From a virus (lineage: Duplodnaviria > Caudoviricetes): 64,000 nucleotides of DNA. The stretch is taken from positions 64,001 to 128,000 of the IMG/VR virus record IMGVR_UViG_3300007512_001664. One strand, written 5' to 3'. This document shows positions 26,031 through 35,435 of this stretch, piece by piece. Under the pieces are notes generated by a model. The model had not been told where the DNA came from. It searched no databases and saw only the letters and a list, made by a program, of their open reading frames with translations. A program made the translations under genes and the position numbers. Within the stretch, counting starts at the first letter, position 1. Every line of letters begins with the position of its first letter.

Positions 26031-26327
26031 ATGCCTATAGGACATAAAGAAGCCACGTGGGATGAGTCTCCAGATAAAACACCAGTATTGCAATACAATG
26101 TTAAAGTTTCACAAAGAGATCTAGAAGAGATAAGACATTTAGTAGATCGCAATTTCGCAGGTATGACAATAGCCTGGTTACCGGTATCACTAGCAGTGAC
26201 TAGAATTATACAGCAAATCAATGATCTAGACAAAAACGAAGACACTGCACTCGACAATTATGATAATGATGGTACTTGTCCGGTATGTAAGGCACCATCG
26301 ACAGAACAAGATGATCCATACGATTAA
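26031..26327 (+). CDS. hypothetical protein with C-terminal CxxC (start revised to ATG 26031)
   Basis: TTGCAT...TATAAT promoter at 25970-25997 lies inside the longer ORF call. Confidence 0.5.
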   Translation: MPIGHKEATWDESPDKTPVLQYNVKVSQRDLEEIRHLVDRNFAGMTIAWLPVSLAVTRIIQQINDLDKNEDTALDNYDNDGTCPVCKAPSTEQDDPYD

Positions 26328-26336
26328 ATATCTATA

Positions 26337-26783
26337 TTGAAGAAGTCTAAGAAAAAGCCGAAGATTATAATGCCATGGCCTGTATATAAGTATTCTACAC
26401 AGCCAGAGGTCAGCGATCTGGTATCTCCTGATATATTAGAGGAGATAACTAATGTCGAGGAGATAACTAATGTCGAAGAGATAACGGATGTTGAAGATAT
26501 AAAAAGTATCGAATCTCTAGATCTGGAGACAGTTGAAGATATAAAAGGTATTAATGCTATTGAATCTCTCGAGACAGTCGAATCTATCGGTAATATAATC
26601 AACGTCAAGACAGATGAGCTAAATGCCATAGAGGCTATTGATAGAATAGTTACTGTTGTTGAGGACGATATTAATAACATCGTAGATATTCAACCTACTA
26701 AGCTTGTCAATACTATAGCTAAGAAATGGAAACCTGGAGACAATCCATTACGGCGTAAAGAATTCAATGATCCACATCTTTAA
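26337..26783 (+). CDS. acidic repeat protein (EEITNV-type hexapeptides)
   Basis: 18-bp tandem units GAGGAGATAACTAATGTC x2 plus degenerate copies, 26439-26590. Confidence 0.65.
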   Translation: MKKSKKKPKIIMPWPVYKYSTQPEVSDLVSPDILEEITNVEEITNVEEITDVEDIKSIESLDLETVEDIKGINAIESLETVESIGNIINVKTDELNAIEAIDRIVTVVEDDINNIVDIQPTKLVNTIAKKWKPGDNPLRRKEFNDPHL

Positions 26784-26815
26784 TACCTCTCTAGATATCA
26801 TATAATAAGTGCAAT

Positions 26816-26891
26816 GCACGGCGACCGAGCAAGCGAACGGAGTGGTCTGCAAAACCATATATGCAGGGAGCGTTACCCTGGCCGTGCTCCA
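26816..26891 (+). tRNA. trnC: tRNA-Cys (GCA), 76 nt, CCA encoded, non-canonical D- and T-loops
   Basis: Acceptor GCACGGC/GCCGTGC, U73, CCA; D-stem CCG/CGG; anticodon arm GTGGT-CTGCAAA-ACCAT; T-stem CAGGG/CCCTG with loop AGCGTTA; TATAAT at 26801-26806. Confidence 0.85.
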
Positions 26892-27128
26892 AATTTAATA
26901 AACACGTATATGTTAGGAGAGCTGGAGGAATATCGTGATCGTCATAATCTATATGACATATGGAAAAACACGGAGAGACCTAAGCCTCGCTGGGAGCTCT
27001 TTACGAGAACCTTAATTGATAACCGATAATGAACCTATTTTTACAATTAGAGATAGATAAGTGGAAGTGGCGAATAAAAAGGCTTTTCGAGCCGGAAAGG
27101 TGTACGTGTTCAGTATGTTTAAAAAAAT

Positions 27129-27326
27129 ATGGCTAATAAATATTATACACAAATGGTAACATCTCGAGATATAAACGATGCGACGCAGACACGGTTCGTG
27201 CCGGGGAAAAAGCCGGATTTGCCGGATGAACGGCCGCCGGTATTTGCTGTATTTTTAATTCCTTTTATTTTATTGATAATAAAGATATGTGATCTATATT
27301 ATTGGATAACTTCCAGAAAAAAATAA
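27129..27326 (+). CDS. small membrane protein
   Basis: Hydrophobic VFAVFLIPFILLIIKI. Confidence 0.45.
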   Translation: MANKYYTQMVTSRDINDATQTRFVPGKKPDLPDERPPVFAVFLIPFILLIIKICDLYYWITSRKK

Positions 27327-27347
27327 TATTAGAATAAATAATAGTGT

Positions 27348-27860
27348 ATGGCATTCGAAGATAAAATTCTAAAAGAATCTAAGAGCAAACAAGCTAAGTT
27401 ATTGAGAGCTGCGAAGTTAGCTGCTAAGTCTCCTGATACAGGAGTTAAGATAGTAAAGAAGAGTGCTTATTACGTTATAAGAGACTGTGCTAAGATTACA
27501 GAACATTATCTCCCGCATTTTATATATTCACAAATAAAGAATCCTATTCAGATGTTAGAAGGGGTATTTACAAAGGCAGAATGCACAGATTTTCTTGGTA
27601 GAGCTAAAAAAGATTTAGTTACTAATCAATTACTAAATTTAATTATTTTAGATATAAAGAAACAAAATATACTAGAGTCAGCGACAACTGTTACACCTCC
27701 TAGTTTCGATGCTAGTGTATTTGATGAAGAAGATGAAGACGACATATATGGTGATTATGAGGCTGGTGGAGTAACTGCCGAAGCTGAACCAGAAGTAGTA
27801 GTTGAAGTTGAAAAAGACACATTACAATTGTTGTTAGATGCCTTCAAAGTTAAAAACTAA
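27348..27860 (+). CDS. late hypothetical protein, acidic C-terminus
   Basis: TAAATA 7 nt upstream; MAFEDKILKE|S. Confidence 0.6.
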   Translation: MAFEDKILKESKSKQAKLLRAAKLAAKSPDTGVKIVKKSAYYVIRDCAKITEHYLPHFIYSQIKNPIQMLEGVFTKAECTDFLGRAKKDLVTNQLLNLIILDIKKQNILESATTVTPPSFDASVFDEEDEDDIYGDYEAGGVTAEAEPEVVVEVEKDTLQLLLDAFKVKN

Positions 27861-28124
27861 AAGCGAATATAAGTGCCGGTATAATGAACTAGCTTGTCAA
27901 TTATTAGCTGGTAGTACTAATATGTATCAGTGTAAAACTGATCAAGAGCTTTCTGATTTAAATCAGAAATACATACAATTAGCTGAACAATTCATAAAAC
28001 GCATATCTTTACCCAAAAATTAGTAAAGAAAAAAAGTTGTATAAAAAGCTTGACGAAATCCCCGTTTTAGGATATCATATAGGGGTTCTTTGGTGATGTA
28101 GCCGGAGATTCAATAAAAATCAAT

Positions 28125-28577
28125 ATGTTTAAAAGCGTAGATATAATTAGGCGAGCTCTCCAAGAGCCGATAGACTTAATAAATGCGATAAACAATGATA
28201 ATAAACTACAAGGTTTATTAATTGAAAGTCAATTCTTTAAATTATTTGATGGAGAATTTACTAATTCTAATGGTTATGACGGTATTATAAACGGTAAAAA
28301 ATATGAAATAAAATTTACTAATTATGTAATGCCTAGTGGTTATTTAAGAATAAATTCATGTAATTATAATAAAAAAGGATTATTTGACTACATGACTGTT
28401 ATTGATGGTTTAAATGACATGGTATTTAGAGTGCCTCACGACGAGTGGTATGACCGTGGAGATTTTTCCGGATCAGAATTTCATTGGAGTAGTACGTACA
28501 ATAAATCTGATAAACAAAAAATAAGTAACACTAAATTACTTTTAGAATATCAAGTGTATCCGAAACAGGAAGCTTGA
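28125..28577 (+). CDS. putative PD-(D/E)xK nuclease-fold protein
   Basis: NGYDGIINGKKYEIKF (D...E-x-K). TTGACG-17-TATCAT promoter at 28050-28078. Confidence 0.5.
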   Translation: MFKSVDIIRRALQEPIDLINAINNDNKLQGLLIESQFFKLFDGEFTNSNGYDGIINGKKYEIKFTNYVMPSGYLRINSCNYNKKGLFDYMTVIDGLNDMVFRVPHDEWYDRGDFSGSEFHWSSTYNKSDKQKISNTKLLLEYQVYPKQEA

Positions 28578-28602
28578 CTGATTTATCATAAATACCTATA
28601 AT
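28574..28602 (+). promoter_or_regulatory. near-consensus sigma70 promoter
   Basis: TTGACT-17 nt-TATAAT. Confidence 0.8.
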
Positions 28603-28670
28603 AATGTCTGTTATGGCAATACGAATGCGAATTAAACAGAAGAATAAAGGATATCGGATAAGGGTATGGG

Positions 28671-28787
28671 ATGATGAAAAAACCAAGAGTCATAATAAGG
28701 TTCAATACAGGAACCAGAATACATCCTCCAAAAAGAGGTAAAGGGTCATATAATCGTAAAAAAAAATATAATGGCAGCAAAGATTAA
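28671..28787 (+). CDS. ArfA-like (alternative ribosome-rescue factor A) micro-protein, not in ORF track
   Basis: MMKKPRVIIRFNTGTRIHPPKRGKGSYNRKKKYNGSKD contains K-x-G-K-G-S-Y-x-R-K, as in E. coli ArfA KKGKGSYMRK. Confidence 0.55.
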   Translation: MMKKPRVIIRFNTGTRIHPPKRGKGSYNRKKKYNGSKD

Positions 28788-28936
28788 AAAACAACGAGTT
28801 TGGGAACGGATCCGGAAAGGTGTCAAGACACGTAAAACTGTGACTGTGACTAAACAACGAGTACCTCGACGAAAGAAGTGATTTCCAGAACAAAGTAGTT
28901 GATTAAATATTCAAGACAGTCTATAATAATGGAGTT

Positions 28937-29962
28937 ATGAGAGTTAACGATAGAAACGTAGCATTACAAGACATTAACGAACATTCGGCAATTGCGGTTG
29001 AGGGTGTTCATCAGATCTCAAGTAAAGATGAGCTTTATAGTAAAGCTGGTCTAGATTTCGAGGTAGAACAGGTCAATCTAGGTAAGGCCACTGGAAATGA
29101 GAATTTCGATAGGTTTTACGGATTGCGCAATAATAGGACCGGGCACGTATATGCTGTTACTGGTAAGAAGTACACTCCAATTCAGAATCATGAATTGATT
29201 GATGCATTTGACGAGGTTCGTAAAATGTACGGAGCAGATTATAAGGCTGCTGGTGTTATGCGCGGAGGTAGTCGAGTCTGGGTACAAGCTCAATTGCCGA
29301 AGGATTATACTTTCGAGATTCCTAATCGGAAGGGTGATAAGATTAATTCTATGCTTACCATGTTACTTGGTCATGACGGGATTATTTCAAATTGTATTTT
29401 CCCGACGTCGATGCGTGGTGCATGTAACAATCAGTTTGTAGCCATGACTAAGGAGTCTACACGTGATTATCGAATTCAGCATTATTCAAATTGGGGTGAT
29501 AGGTTGGATTTGGTTAAGTCAGTATTCGCTAAGAATATTAATAGTCTTAAAAACATGTACACTGATTTTGCTGCGCTTGATAGTAAAGCAATTTCTAAGA
29601 CCGAGCTTTATAACTTCTTGGGTGAGTTGTATCCGATGAAGGATGATGAAGATGAGAGGACTCTTAACAGGCATAACGACATTGCAGCGTTGTTCTCACG
29701 TGGTGCTGGTAATCTTGGTAAGTCACGCTGGGATGCATTTAATGCAGTGACCGAATATGTCGATCACCATCAGCATGCAACTCGAATGGCTAATGCCATT
29801 GAGAATAAGAATCACGAATATATTCAGAACCGAATTGGTAGTCTTAGCACTCCAGGAGGTCAGATGGATCGATTCAAGCGCCGGGCGTTGAACTTGCTGA
29901 CGACTACGGATAGGTTCCCAAAACCAGTCGTGAAGCAGGCGGAGCTTACAATAACAGCTTAA
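28937..29962 (+). CDS. DUF932/DUF945 family phage protein (TIGR03299-like)
   Basis: KYTPIQNHE, AAGVMRGGSRVW, LLGHDG, RGACNNQ, SRWDAFNAVTEYVDH. TTGATT-17-TATAAT promoter and GGAG RBS. Confidence 0.88.
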   Translation: MRVNDRNVALQDINEHSAIAVEGVHQISSKDELYSKAGLDFEVEQVNLGKATGNENFDRFYGLRNNRTGHVYAVTGKKYTPIQNHELIDAFDEVRKMYGADYKAAGVMRGGSRVWVQAQLPKDYTFEIPNRKGDKINSMLTMLLGHDGIISNCIFPTSMRGACNNQFVAMTKESTRDYRIQHYSNWGDRLDLVKSVFAKNINSLKNMYTDFAALDSKAISKTELYNFLGELYPMKDDEDERTLNRHNDIAALFSRGAGNLGKSRWDAFNAVTEYVDHHQHATRMANAIENKNHEYIQNRIGSLSTPGGQMDRFKRRALNLLTTTDRFPKPVVKQAELTITA

Positions 29963-30109
29963 GATTATAATGGGGTTAGGGATCCTCGGGAAACCGGGGA
30001 TTTCCTATCACCAAATCCTATAAAGGTTAGTAAAATTAAAAGGAGAGGCCCATTCGGAAACGCAGGAATTTAACGATTTGTAATATTGGAGATCTGACTA
30101 AATAATTAT

Positions 30110-30601
30110 ATGATCACGATTGATTTAACAGCTAAACCCCGAGTCAAGAGATGGCTGAAGGACAATAAAATCAATTTTAAAACATTACAAGCAACGGCTC
30201 AGATTTTTTTTAATCAAATTCAGCGTCGTAGTAAAGTAGACAGGCATTATAATTTAGAAGTTAAAACATGTCCGCATCATAGTAGTGGATATTATTTTGG
30301 ATTTAATGAGGTTCACGTTACTCAGCATTTGGATCAAAACGGTTGGAGTCAGGAGAAGAAATTTGATACATTTGCTGGCCATTTTCTTCATGAGTTTAGA
30401 CATTGGATACAGGATAATATGCTTAATGTAGCTGAACATCGATTAAATTATACTGATGAAGATAGTGAGAAAGAGAATGACAAGTATTATTACAATAAGT
30501 GGGAAGTTGATGCTCGAAAATTTGAGAGGATGTATAAAAAAGAATTTATAGATCTATATCACCTTCTTGATGGTTTAAACGAAAAGAAGCTTTTTTATTA
30601 A
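30110..30601 (+). CDS. putative zinc metallopeptidase (HExxH)
   Basis: FLHEFRHWIQ ... WEVDAR; TAAATA 5 nt upstream. Confidence 0.6.
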   Translation: MITIDLTAKPRVKRWLKDNKINFKTLQATAQIFFNQIQRRSKVDRHYNLEVKTCPHHSSGYYFGFNEVHVTQHLDQNGWSQEKKFDTFAGHFLHEFRHWIQDNMLNVAEHRLNYTDEDSEKENDKYYYNKWEVDARKFERMYKKEFIDLYHLLDGLNEKKLFY

Positions 30602-31596
30602 TGTATAAATTAGGAATTTTATTATTCGGTCAACCACGATATTATAGTATTGTTAAAAAATATTATGATGAAGCATTTTCAAACTGTGAAATAGATTACT
30701 TTATACATACTTGGAATGTTAACAGTGTCGTCGGTCGTAATCAAATACCTAGTAAGAGGGAAGATAATTACGACAACTTGATGGGCGTTCTTGGAGATAA
30801 GCTCTCCCAACATGTTGAGCCATTGACCTTTAAATATAATATAAATACGTTAAAGCACAGATTACAAAACATATACAACCCGTCATATATAGAAGTTAGT
30901 GATCATCAGAGACATTGCAAATGGATAAGTAAGTTAAACGATTTTCAACCACGTAAAGTAATTTCTTATCTGGGTCAATATGTAACGTTCTCAAGTAGTC
31001 CAAAAATAAAAAAATTAGAAAAGTATATTTTTAACAATGAACATGTACATCAATGGAGGTCGTTTGAGAGGGTTACTAAACTTTTAAAGCAGTCGGAAAA
31101 GGAATATGATTTGATGTTATGTGGTCGGTTTGATTTAATATTCGAACCAAAACCTGATATGGTTGAAAGACTGGTAGATTTAATCGAGAAGAATAAATCT
31201 GAGGATGATGAATTAATAGTATGTTCTATATCTGAAGAATCCAAAGATACATCTCTTAGCTCAATGTATGATTGGCTTTGGTTTGGGACCAAAAAAGGTA
31301 TGATTAGATTTGGTTATAATTTTACACGCAACCAAATAAACGATCCAAAACTGCCTGATAAAAATTATAGAGCAAGATGGGCTGATCAACTTAAATGGAA
31401 TAGAGTACCTGTTTATACAATGCCAGGGTCTCAATGGAATGAAACATGGGGACATGCAACGTTAATAAAGCCTTATTGTCCGGATTTTGATATTGATGCA
31501 ATAAAAAATTATAGCAAATATCATTCTCAAAATACACGTGGAGTGCTTAATAAGGTTGCACATCTAGAACAATATAACCCAGAAATTAAATATTAA
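30601..31596 (+). CDS. putative glycosyltransferase-like protein
   Basis: KLGILLFGQPR, DYFIHTW, YDLMLCGRFDL, DWLWFG resemble the K.A.l.sGq.R / D.fiHtW / YD.vir.RfD family. Confidence 0.55.
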   Translation: MYKLGILLFGQPRYYSIVKKYYDEAFSNCEIDYFIHTWNVNSVVGRNQIPSKREDNYDNLMGVLGDKLSQHVEPLTFKYNINTLKHRLQNIYNPSYIEVSDHQRHCKWISKLNDFQPRKVISYLGQYVTFSSSPKIKKLEKYIFNNEHVHQWRSFERVTKLLKQSEKEYDLMLCGRFDLIFEPKPDMVERLVDLIEKNKSEDDELIVCSISEESKDTSLSSMYDWLWFGTKKGMIRFGYNFTRNQINDPKLPDKNYRARWADQLKWNRVPVYTMPGSQWNETWGHATLIKPYCPDFDIDAIKNYSKYHSQNTRGVLNKVAHLEQYNPEIKY

Positions 31597-31600
31597 TACA

Positions 31601-31816
31601 ATGAGAAATATATCAGAATTCGAGCGTACAAAACCTACTCAAGCATATGCTGCTATTGATAGCGCAATTGCTAAGTACCGTCAAATAGTTAACGAGCATA
31701 CTTATCAAGGTAAGCAATTAATTATGGAGAGTGGCGACGCGCAACGCGCTTCATTAGCTCAGCAAGTAGTTAGTGATCTTGAGAATATAAAGAGAGTATT
31801 TCTAACCGGAAATTAA
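31601..31816 (+). CDS. hypothetical protein
   Basis: Last plus-strand ORF before the strand switch. Confidence 0.5.
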   Translation: MRNISEFERTKPTQAYAAIDSAIAKYRQIVNEHTYQGKQLIMESGDAQRASLAQQVVSDLENIKRVFLTGN

Positions 31817-34800
31817 GTAAAATCTATTCTTTTTATTTCGTCATAGTATGGAGTAACTTTCTGTAGTTCTAACTCCATACGATCCTCGATTTTATCTAGT
31901 AGTAATTGATCTGATATATCTGTGTGTGTTATTTCTACTTTATATTTGTTAGCAAGTTTTTCTGGATAATTAAATTTAAATAATTTATCAATAGTGTCAA
32001 TATATGTTCTCTGTCCTAACGGATAAGACCAAATTACGTCTTTGTCATCAATATGATAATTATAATGTGCTAGCATATCAAAATAATTCATAATCTTATT
32101 ATAGATTTTAAATCCCTTTATCTTTGCGTTATGCACAAAATATTTTTTCTCTTGTAGTAGTTTATTAGCCAGTGTTATATAATATGGAGTTGATACTGCA
32201 CCTACATATAATCCTGCTTCAAGTATATTTGTTAAGGCATATTTAGCAGGTGAAAAGTCTACTTTATTAGCTAATCTACCATTTACATATAAACACATAA
32301 ACCCTTTATTTAAAGATACGTTAATAAAGAAATGATTATATCCTGGGTTTAACGTAGAAAAGTCAAAATCAATTATTGACGTTTTTCTAGGGTACTTACC
32401 TGTACTTGAGAACTTCGGTCTTTTCTTTAATACAACTTTTAGTCTGTTTTTATTTGCTCCTGTCTTTTTTAAATAACCATATGATGTGACTGTCTTAGTT
32501 AGACTAAGAGAACCAATATCAATACCATGAAGTTTCTTACTGTAAACTATTTTTAATGTATCTGGATCGAGTTTTGATAGTCTAGTGCCTCCAATAAATT
32601 CTTGTATCAGTAATATATATTTTTTATATTCCCCTTCTTCGAAGTCATAAATTAAGTCTATATATGATGCACCTTCCGTCCATCTTAAACTACAAAATTC
32701 TCTAGTGCGGAGTAACTTGCGATCATTATCTAATATGGAAATAACATTCTCATCATGTAGTACAATTATGTTATTTATTTCGTCATTTATAACACTATGA
32801 ATTTTAGATCGTTTATCTAGACCAGATAATATTCTATCATTTTTATCGTCTTGTTGTATTTTTCTATAATCTGTTATATTTCTTTTCTTTAATTTTTTAA
32901 TGTGAGTTTGTTCGTTAGCTTGATCGGTCGGATCATCTTGTCTTATAACCCAAGGTATATTATTATTGTCAATTGTTACTTCATTTCCATTTCCAAACTT
33001 ATCAACATCAAATTTATATAGTACACCATCCTTTCTTATTAACTTACCCTTTCTACCTTTCGGTATTGGGAACTCTGTTCGTCCACCTTGACTAGCAGCA
33101 GGGCAAGCTGAACTCGCTGTTGTCCATGTAGAAGGTCTCCATTTACCTTGAACATCACCACCGAATTTATTTGTATTAGTATTGTAGGTAAAGTATTTAA
33201 ATTCGTCTACAGGTGCAAACAATACATCAATTTTATCTTCGTCAACATCAAAGTCGTCTATTTGAATATCTGAATCTTTTAAGTTTTCTATCTTACCAAT
33301 TAGATGGTTATTATTGTTAAAAATATATATTATATATTGTTTTCTTTTTCGACATTCTACATCTCTCTCTAATACGGAGTCATATGCTCTACTCGACACC
33401 TCCGTATGTCCTAGTACATAAAATTCAGAGAAAATGTCTTTACGAGCAATACCATCGATAGTAACTTCTTGGGAGCCTTCTTTTAAAATAATATAATCAT
33501 ATACTTCGAAATCATTATTTAAAAATAATAACTTACTATAGTATCTTTTACTTAAACTATTTTTATTTGTTGTATTGACAACAGGTAATATAATATTTGG
33601 TGTTACAAGATCAGTATTAAATATTCCTATTCCATCCTCCTGCAGGTTACCTAATAAGTGATAACAAAAAGGCTTATTATTGTCTTTAGTATGTAGCCAA
33701 AAATTCATACTAAAGTCACCTATTATGTCTGATTTATCTCTAGCAAAATTATTACCATCTAGAATTATCTCACGGTCTGTCTTAACAAATTTTTCAGTTA
33801 TTGGTACGCCTTTATAATTTAAATATTCGGCTTTTTTTGTTTTGGTATATTTACTATCAAATGCATCAAATAATTTTTCATAATCTTGATCACCAACATG
33901 ATAGTATCCATAATCGTTATTAGGCTCAAATGTTAAGTTAGACGACACATCAAATGTTTCTGTTGTTTCAGCTCCTGCAGCTGTTATTACTTTATAATGA
34001 GAGGTGCCTGATAATGCGGCAGAAAAATTAGAAGCTAGCGGGTTGTAATATCTATCTACCCATCTTGTATCTCCGTCGCTATTACCTGACAGCCAACTAC
34101 ATAGGTACGCTGGATTAGGAGAGTCGCTAAACGAATTATTTTTAATTACTTCTCTTCTTTTGAAAACTTTATCTGACATTAATGGATTAGTACCAGGTAT
34201 GGCACCTAAGTTTTCAATTTTAGAATCATTAATATTAAGTGATGTATACGGTGATATAGAGTTAGGTGTTGTAAAATATGTTAGCTTATTAGGTTTAAAG
34301 GTTAGGTCATATGTACCAATATTATACGACAATCCTATATTAGGGTATCCGTGCTGTTGATGAACACCTGCATGTATTTTTTCATAAACTCTATTATTAG
34401 TATCAGCTTCATAGTTGTAATGATTATTTTCAGAATAATACTCATGTAGAGTTGCTTGGTTTTTTAAAGGGAAGAAATCTACATGAGCAATAAAGTTATT
34501 TTGGCTATTGTCTTGATAAAAATTATAATTATTATTGAATACAAAATAATTGTTACTTACCGCTTCTACATTAGTTAATGATACCTTATCAGCGTTATAA
34601 TCTGATTTATATTTAACAAAGTTACTAGGTAGTGTTTTAAAGTCTTTAGTTAAAACATTTCTATTTATAGTGAAGAATCCAGCACTTAAATCTGCTACAG
34701 TATTTTGCCAAGCACCAGGAGCGGATAGATATAATAAATCAGATTTATTTATTAAAATATTTGCACGACCGGGTGCTGTAGTTCCGATACCAACATTAAC

Positions 34801-35433
34801 ATCAAAGTCTGTTGTTGGTTTATGATGTAAAGTTATTTTATCATTGTCAATAGTAAAACTAAGCCAGGCTCTATTATCAGTAAGTGGGGTAATAGTTATC
34901 CATTTTGCTGCTTCATCTTGATGGTATGGTGCACTTAAATGGTATGTGTTACTATTATATGTTTGAGTTATAAAAAGCGCCTCTCTTTTATTTAGTGGTT
35001 TATTAGAACGACCGTCATGATGAGTTGGAGTTGGAATGCTACTAATATGAAACGTATAGAAAAATTGGCTACTTAGAGTACTAAATTCTGATGCATCAAC
35101 AAAAACACTACTAACTGGGTCGCCGTCAGACGTGTAGCAATTCTTCAGATACTTATCTCCTTGTTTTATTGTTGTAGTAAATGAACTAACAGCATTAGTT
35201 GTAAATGGTATTTTAAGTTCTGCTATAGTAGATAATTCTGCTAACTCCGTTAATGAATATTGTGTATTGAAGTTTGTCTTTTTATCTTTTAAATTTTGAT
35301 TAAAATAATATTGATTTGTAATTAATCCGAAGTTAAAATTTTCTCTATATTTACGGAGTACTATAGTTGCATCGTGTATGTGACGATACTCAATTATCGG
35401 TAGAGAGCTACTATCAATAATTTGTACATTCAT
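31813..35433 (-). CDS. very large virion protein (1206 aa), probable ConA/LamG-like beta-sandwich regions
   Basis: DFSMNFWLHT ... YNHFFINVSLNKGFMCLYVNGRL ... IKGFKIYNKIM is LamG-like; located in the structural module. Confidence 0.55.
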   Translation of the reverse strand: MNVQIIDSSSLPIIEYRHIHDATIVLRKYRENFNFGLITNQYYFNQNLKDKKTNFNTQYSLTELAELSTIAELKIPFTTNAVSSFTTTIKQGDKYLKNCYTSDGDPVSSVFVDASEFSTLSSQFFYTFHISSIPTPTHHDGRSNKPLNKREALFITQTYNSNTYHLSAPYHQDEAAKWITITPLTDNRAWLSFTIDNDKITLHHKPTTDFDVNVGIGTTAPGRANILINKSDLLYLSAPGAWQNTVADLSAGFFTINRNVLTKDFKTLPSNFVKYKSDYNADKVSLTNVEAVSNNYFVFNNNYNFYQDNSQNNFIAHVDFFPLKNQATLHEYYSENNHYNYEADTNNRVYEKIHAGVHQQHGYPNIGLSYNIGTYDLTFKPNKLTYFTTPNSISPYTSLNINDSKIENLGAIPGTNPLMSDKVFKRREVIKNNSFSDSPNPAYLCSWLSGNSDGDTRWVDRYYNPLASNFSAALSGTSHYKVITAAGAETTETFDVSSNLTFEPNNDYGYYHVGDQDYEKLFDAFDSKYTKTKKAEYLNYKGVPITEKFVKTDREIILDGNNFARDKSDIIGDFSMNFWLHTKDNNKPFCYHLLGNLQEDGIGIFNTDLVTPNIILPVVNTTNKNSLSKRYYSKLLFLNNDFEVYDYIILKEGSQEVTIDGIARKDIFSEFYVLGHTEVSSRAYDSVLERDVECRKRKQYIIYIFNNNNHLIGKIENLKDSDIQIDDFDVDEDKIDVLFAPVDEFKYFTYNTNTNKFGGDVQGKWRPSTWTTASSACPAASQGGRTEFPIPKGRKGKLIRKDGVLYKFDVDKFGNGNEVTIDNNNIPWVIRQDDPTDQANEQTHIKKLKKRNITDYRKIQQDDKNDRILSGLDKRSKIHSVINDEINNIIVLHDENVISILDNDRKLLRTREFCSLRWTEGASYIDLIYDFEEGEYKKYILLIQEFIGGTRLSKLDPDTLKIVYSKKLHGIDIGSLSLTKTVTSYGYLKKTGANKNRLKVVLKKRPKFSSTGKYPRKTSIIDFDFSTLNPGYNHFFINVSLNKGFMCLYVNGRLANKVDFSPAKYALTNILEAGLYVGAVSTPYYITLANKLLQEKKYFVHNAKIKGFKIYNKIMNYFDMLAHYNYHIDDKDVIWSYPLGQRTYIDTIDKLFKFNYPEKLANKYKVEITHTDISDQLLLDKIEDRMELELQKVTPYYDEIKRIDFT

Positions 35434-35435
35434 TA

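Noticed and set aside
26814-27029. 71-aa ORF as called in the track
   Set aside because: Its 5' part is the tRNA-Cys gene. At most a 39-aa ORF from the later ATG (MLGELEEY...) is plausible.
2122-31455. Minus-strand ORFs overlapping plus-strand genes (e.g. 2688, 2991, 3661, 9249, 16461, 20847, 24658, 26324, 28586, 31050)
   Set aside because: These are antisense shadows with Ser/Leu/Ile-rich composition typical of reverse frames.
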